In this document: positions 52,143 through 57,757 of the stretch, piece by piece
How the letters are laid out: each line of letters begins with the position of its first letter
How positions within the stretch are numbered: the first letter of the stretch is position 1
Assembly: GCF_006345805.1 (NCBI RefSeq)
Contig: NW_021833597.1
Location: 1-57,757, forward strand
Source of the DNA: Octopus sinensis
Taxonomy: Eukaryota
DNA length: 57,757 bases
Reading direction: 5' to 3'
Position numbers and translations under genes: made by a program
Notes under the pieces: model-generated
What the model was told of the DNA's origin: nothing
Database searches by the model: none
Seen by the model: only the letters and a program-made list of their open reading frames with translations

Positions 52143-52445
52143 GGCCACGTGGTGAGCGTATTCAGTTCATAATCATATGGTCATGAGTTCGATTCCTGGC
52201 GGCACGTTGTATTCTTGAGCAGGAAACTTTATTTCACATCGCTCCAATCCACTCAGCTGGCAAAAAACGAGCAATACTTATATTTGAAAGGATCAGTCTT
52301 GTCACATTTTCTTCTGAGAACTGTGTTAAGGGTACGGTGGTCTGTGGAGCACTCAGCAATTTGCACCATAATTTCGCGAGCTGGCTGTTCCGTTGATCGG
52401 TTCACCCGGAATCCTCGACGTAGTAAACGACAGAGTCCCATTTGC
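52143..52445 (+). mobile_element. Degenerate SINE: D-like head with A-like 3' half
   Basis: Same modular layout as 34222-34520. Confidence 0.65.
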
Positions 52446-52621
52446 AGCACATTAAAACTGGATAGAATTGGACATGTCTAAGGACTTGAAAATATTTTCA
52501 AAACTAAAGTTATTTTACCGGTGGGGATTTAGAAAGAAAGCGAACGATGTAAACGCCATAGTTACGTTTTAAAAGCTTTGGGATGTTTTTTTTTGTTGTT
52601 TTTTTTTTGTTCAACATATAC

Positions 52622-53036
52622 TCTTTACTCTTTTACTTGTTTCAGTCATTTGACTGTGGCCATGCTGGAGCACCGCCTTTAGTCGAGTAAATCGACCCCA
52701 GGACTTATTCTTTGTAAGCCTAGTACTTATTCTATCGGTCTCTTTTGCCGAACCGCTAAGTTACAGGGACGTAAACACAGCAGCATCGGTTGTCAAGCGG
52801 TGTTGGAGGGGGTGGACAAACACAGACACACAAACACACACAAATATATATATATATATATATACATATATACGACGGGCTTCTTTCAGTTTCCATCTAC
52901 CAAATCCACTCACAAGGCTTTAGTCGGCCCGAGGCTATAGTAGAAGACACTTGCCCAAAGTGCCACGCAGTGGGACTGAACCCGGAACCATGTGGTTGGT
53001 AAGCAAGCTATTTACCACAAAGCCACTCCCGCGCCT
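52622..53036 (-). mobile_element. Family C SINE
   Basis: Full length, with a GTAAAAGAGTAAAGAG tail. Confidence 0.9.
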
Positions 53037-53329
53037 ATGAAACACTAATATTTGTAGATTCTGAACTTACTGTAAAAAAGAATATATACTCTATTTCGAT
53101 TTCCTCACCCTTCTTTCGTGAGTGTATTTTTATCAAGAAACACAACGTTCATTAAAAAAAAAAAAAAGAAAAGAAAAAAACACACGTAGAAAGATACTTC
53201 TAATAAATCTATGAAAGCAAGGGAGCACAGGAAGTTGAATGTTTCTAATATTAATAATATTCGGTAACATCATTAACAATTCCAGTCTGACAAATGCTAT
53301 GGGCACCGTCTCTTTTGCTTGGACTTAAT

Positions 53330-53420
53330 AAGAACGACGACGATGACGACGACGACGACGACGGCTATGATGATGATGATGATGATGATGACGATGACTG
53401 TGATGATGGTGGTGGTGGTG

Positions 53421-53477
<57 letters not shown>

Positions 53478-53484
53478 TTGGTGT

Positions 53485-53534
<50 letters not shown>

Positions 53535-53551
53535 TTGTTGGTGTTGGTGGT

Positions 53552-53589
<38 letters not shown>

Positions 53590-53590
53590 G

Positions 53591-53641
<51 letters not shown>

Positions 53642-53647
53642 TTGGTG

Positions 53648-53735
<88 letters not shown>

Positions 53736-53790
53736 CAGTAGTAGTAGAAGTAGTAGTAGTAGTCACTGCTACTGCTGTTGTTGTTGTTGG
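53330..53790. repeat. Compound triplet array GAC/GAT/GGT/AGT/GTT
   Basis: Directly visible. Confidence 0.97.
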
Positions 53791-54039
53791 TGTTGCACGA
53801 GTATTTGATAAAATGAATTCATAGAAGTGAAACATTGAAGAATCCCAAAGGAAAAGTTGATTGGAAGGAATGGGAAAAGTGTTAAAAATGATGTTTCTTA
53901 TGGAAAGAAGGAAAAAAATGATGTAATTCTGAAAGGTAAATAAATTAGATTCTGGCATCGAAGAAACGGTAAAGTCAGTTCATTTATTGGGAGATAGTTT
54001 TGGAAATTATATTGATAGTGACGGCGATAAGAAAGGAGA

Positions 54040-54580
54040 GGGAGGAGGAAGGGAGGGGAGGAGGAGCGTGGAAGAGGAGGAGGAAGAAGAAGAGGAGGAG
54101 AGGAGGAGGAAGAAGAAGTGGAGGAGGAGGAAGAAGAGAAGTGGAGAAGGAGGAAGAAGAGAAGGAGGAGGAGGAAGAAGAAGAAGAAGAGGAGGAGGAA
54201 GAGAAGAGGAGGAGGAGGAGGAAGAAGAAGTGGAGAAGGAGGAAGAGGAGGAGGTGGAGGAGGAAGAAGAAGTGGAGAAGGATGAAGAAGAAGAGGAGGA
54301 GGAAGAAGAAGTGGAGAAGGAGGAAGAGGAGGAGGAGGAGGAGGAGGAGGAAGAAGAAGTGGAGAAGGATGAAGAAGAAGAGGAGGAAGATGAAGAAGAA
54401 GTGGAGAAGGAGGAAGAGGAGGAGGAGGAGGAGGAAGAAGACGGGAAGAAGAAGAAGAAGAAGAGGAGGAGGAGGAGGGGAAGAGGAAGAAGAAGTAGAA
54501 GAAGAAGAAGAAGAAGAAGAAGAGGAGGTGGAAGAGGCGGAAGGGGCGGAAGGGGCGGAAGAGGGGGTGGAGGAGGAAGC
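54040..54580. repeat. Polypurine (GAG/GAA)n array with recurring GTGGAGAAGGA
   Basis: Directly visible. Confidence 0.97.
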
Positions 54581-55192
54581 ACCATCTCCACCACCGTGCT
54601 GCTACTGCGGAATATGACAATGGCCATCATCATCATCATCATCGTTACTGCCATGTTGGTGACGAAGATGGCAATTGCTTTCTACTAAGCGTGAACTTTC
54701 AGTTATTTAGGAATTAGGATTTGCGTCCAGCCTTCAGTACAACAGCGTTTAACATACTTATTCTAATCCACGCTAAGAGCTTATTCCTGGTAGTTCCTAT
54801 AAATCCTTCCATTTTTAATTTTACAAATTATACTGGCCAAAATATTATTCTGTTTATATTACATGTTATCGTCATATAAAAAATTTTTATGCAATTAATG
54901 CCACAGGAAAAAAAATCCTTAACTAATTAAAATGTTCGTCTTTGTTGGAGAAAAATAACAAAATCGTAGCGAGAATTTTAAATGACTATTAAGGGAATTG
55001 GTGGTGCGGGTTGGAGAGATAATTTCGAGAAATAATGAATTAATTTGTCAATTTTTATTTATATGGCTATGAGGAAATAAAATTGATTCTCCTATTTTAT
55101 TTTATTGTGTTTCTTCTTATGGTAGAGTAGTAAGATTTTATCCACGACTCGTTTCTATATCTCCAAGACTCGTGAGAGAGAATTATTACAGA

Positions 55193-55584
55193 CTAGTAGT
55201 ATCGCCCAGCGTTGCTCGGGTTTGTTTCGATCCTTTAGATTTGGAATTTTTGAAAAGTAAAAATTTCGCATTATGTAGCTTGTTATTCGCCTTAAGTGAA
55301 CATTTTTCTGGTTGAAATACACCTAAAAATTGCGACACAGCAGTCAAAAACTTGTAAAAAATAGGGTTTTTCATAGGAAAAAAGCAACTTTTTGATGTAA
55401 ATAATTTTTGGCGTTAACATTGTCCGATTTGAATTTTTTCTTCTACGGAAGGAAGAGCCAGCCTTCTTCTATCATACTCTCAATTTTGGTCAACTTGTGC
55501 CGCAGGGTCTCGGAGGAGATAGTGTTAGTTGAAGGCTACCAAACCTGCCATACACATACAACTTCAGCTTTATATAGAGATAGA
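55193..55584 (-). mobile_element. Non-autonomous Helitron-like element (~390 bp)
   Basis: Minus strand begins A|TC(TATC)TCTATATAAAGCTGAAG and ends with the hairpin CCCGAGC-AAC-GCTGGG, a few nt, then CTAG|T. No TIR or TSD. Confidence 0.75.
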
Positions 55585-56159
55585 TAAGAGACCTTACCTG
55601 AATATGCGTCGGAATGATTTCCTCTAAAGATACCCAAGTGATATGTAATGATGTGTGTTTCTGTATAGTAAATTCTAAATCAATTCTTACAATTTACACA
55701 TGTTAATACGGCCTTTTATCCGTCTATATACTTGACATTTATCGTCTGCAATATGTACGAATGTGTATGAGCATTCTTATATTCATATTCTATTATGATC
55801 TATATCAGAATACGCATCGTTCAAAAAATATAATACGAATATTTTTGGAAACTGAACCTGCATTAAGTTCAATATAGTTTAATTAATGATTCGGTGTTTA
55901 ATTGCGATGTTCAGGTGTATTTCTAAATAATAAGATTAAGTTTAATTAACTATTCCTAAAATATATTTTTATCATTCTCCTTTTAATTACTACAATAATT
56001 TTACGTGAATTTCGGGAATATGGAATACTAAGAACATCTGCATATTTTACATAATGGCAACACACACACACACATACATAAATACATGCATGCATACACA
56101 CATAGACCTGTATTACGAAGTTTCTTCTAACATGTTAAAGTTAGGAGATTATTTGTGCG

Positions 56160-56806
56160 TAACTCTGTGTGTGTGCGTGTGTGTGTGTGTACGTGTGTGT
56201 GTGTACGTGTGTGTGTGTGTACGTGTGTGTATGTGTACGTGTGTGTGTGTACGTGTGTGTGTGTACGTGTGTGTGTGTGTACGTGTGTGTGTGTGTGTAC
56301 GTGTGTGTGTATGTACGTGTGTGTGTACGTGTGGTGAACGTGTGTGTGTACGTGTGGTGGTACGTGTGTGTCTGTGTACGTGTGTGTATGTGTACTGTGT
56401 GTGTGTGTGTACGTGGTGGTGGGTACGTGTGTGTGTATGTACGTTGTGTTGTACGTGTGTGTGTGTGTACGTGTGTGTGTGTGTGTAAGTTGTGGTGTGT
56501 ACGTGTGTGTGTGTACGTGTGTGTATGTGTACGTGTGTGTGTACGTGTGTGTGTGTGTACGGTGTGTGTGACGTGTGTGTTGTACGTGTGTGTGTGTACG
56601 TGTGTTGTGTACGTGTGTCTGTGTGTACGTGTGTGTGTGTACGTGTGTGTTTGTGTACGTGTGTGTGTACGTGTGTGTTGTGTACGTGTGTGTGTGTGTA
56701 CGTGTGTGTGTGTGTACGTGTGTGTGTGGTGTACGTGTTGTGTGTACGTGTGTCTGTGTGTACGTGTGTGTGTTGTACGTGTGTGTGTGTGTACGTGTGT
56801 GTGTGT
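56160..56806. repeat. (GT)n array punctuated by AC
   Basis: Directly visible. Confidence 0.97.
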
Positions 56807-57757
56807 GCCCCCTTTACTGCGAGCATTTCACATTCAAATGAAGTCTTACAGCGTCGGCTTTATCTCCATATAGCGCATTATATATTAATAATATATTAAC
56901 AGGATGTCTTCACATTATGAATTTGGAAATATGTAGCAATGAAACGGAATTACATAATGTCTGTAACCTTTAAGTTGCATATATATATATTGTGAAAAAT
57001 TATTTGTTTTTAGGAAAGATTGCTGATACAATATTTGAAAAAAGATTTAATTCAATTAAAAATTATTATTTGAAAGTCCTTTTAAAAATCAGATTAACAC
57101 AAACCTGATGGATGAAAGTCTTTGTTTAAGCGTTTTCCACAGTTTTCAGCTTTACACTACATACAACTTGTAAGAAGTAAAACTGCAGCAAAAACACGTA
57201 ACTGCTAATTACCTTTGGAGGAATCACTATACTACACGTAACTACATGTTTTTTTACGTGGGAAGCATTCCTGAAAAATGTCACTAAGACGCAGCAAACC
57301 CCAGAACTATGAGCATGCACTGTAAAAGTAACAATCAGTATAAGTGAAATAAATCTCTATTTAAGTCATTTAAAACACATAGCTAGGCTGGAAAGGTAAA
57401 GTAATTGCTAGGGGGAGATGTTATTCCAAGCCTACAGATATATTAATAATATATTAACGAGGTAGCTTTTATCACATGAATTTGGAAATATGTAACAATG
57501 AAACGAAATTACATAATACCTGTTAACTTTAAGTTGTCTACGACAGAAAACGGAAGTGCAATGAATTATAAGCGAAATGAAGTAATTTTCTCTCGAAACT
57601 AAGATTGAATAATTTCTGTGTTCCTTAAAGTTTTGTAGAACGAAACAATCGTTTACGAAATTGAATTCGCAGAATAAAGCATAGTGGTTGCTTTGAAAGA
57701 AAACATCGAAGATAATAGAACATGCATAAATTCCATTAGAAACCAAAATTCCTCAAT

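Noticed and set aside
53987-54688. 233-aa Glu-rich ORF and overlapping ORFs on both strands
   Set aside because: Open in several frames because purine triplet repeats lack stop codons; no domain or supported splice context.

Overview
Repeat-saturated, AT-rich eukaryotic DNA, intergenic or deep intronic. The SINE families, the R4/Dong and RTE LINE remnants and the very high microsatellite load resemble a coleoid cephalopod (Octopus-like) genome; this is an inference from pattern recall, not a database search. No intact host CDS, rRNA, true tRNA or CRISPR array is supported, and most ORFs in the track are microsatellite artefacts. Most notable: (1) two complete minimal type-I hammerhead ribozyme motifs on the minus strand at 24719-24799 and 25152-25194, plus decayed relatives, all in islands bounded by (TA)n arrays; (2) a 5'-truncated Penelope-like (Naiad-type) retroelement at about 9.8-11.5 kb with a decayed GIY-YIG endonuclease and an inverted pLTR; (3) a 1.93-kb foldback element with ~620-bp TIRs and a perfect 8-bp TSD (Merlin-like); (4) a 426-bp MITE carrying telomere-type repeats; (5) a full-span decayed DD34D mariner, a non-autonomous Helitron, stacked R4/Dong LINE remnants at (TAA)n arrays, and roughly 30 copies of modular tRNA-derived SINEs. 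Boundaries of decayed elements are approximate.
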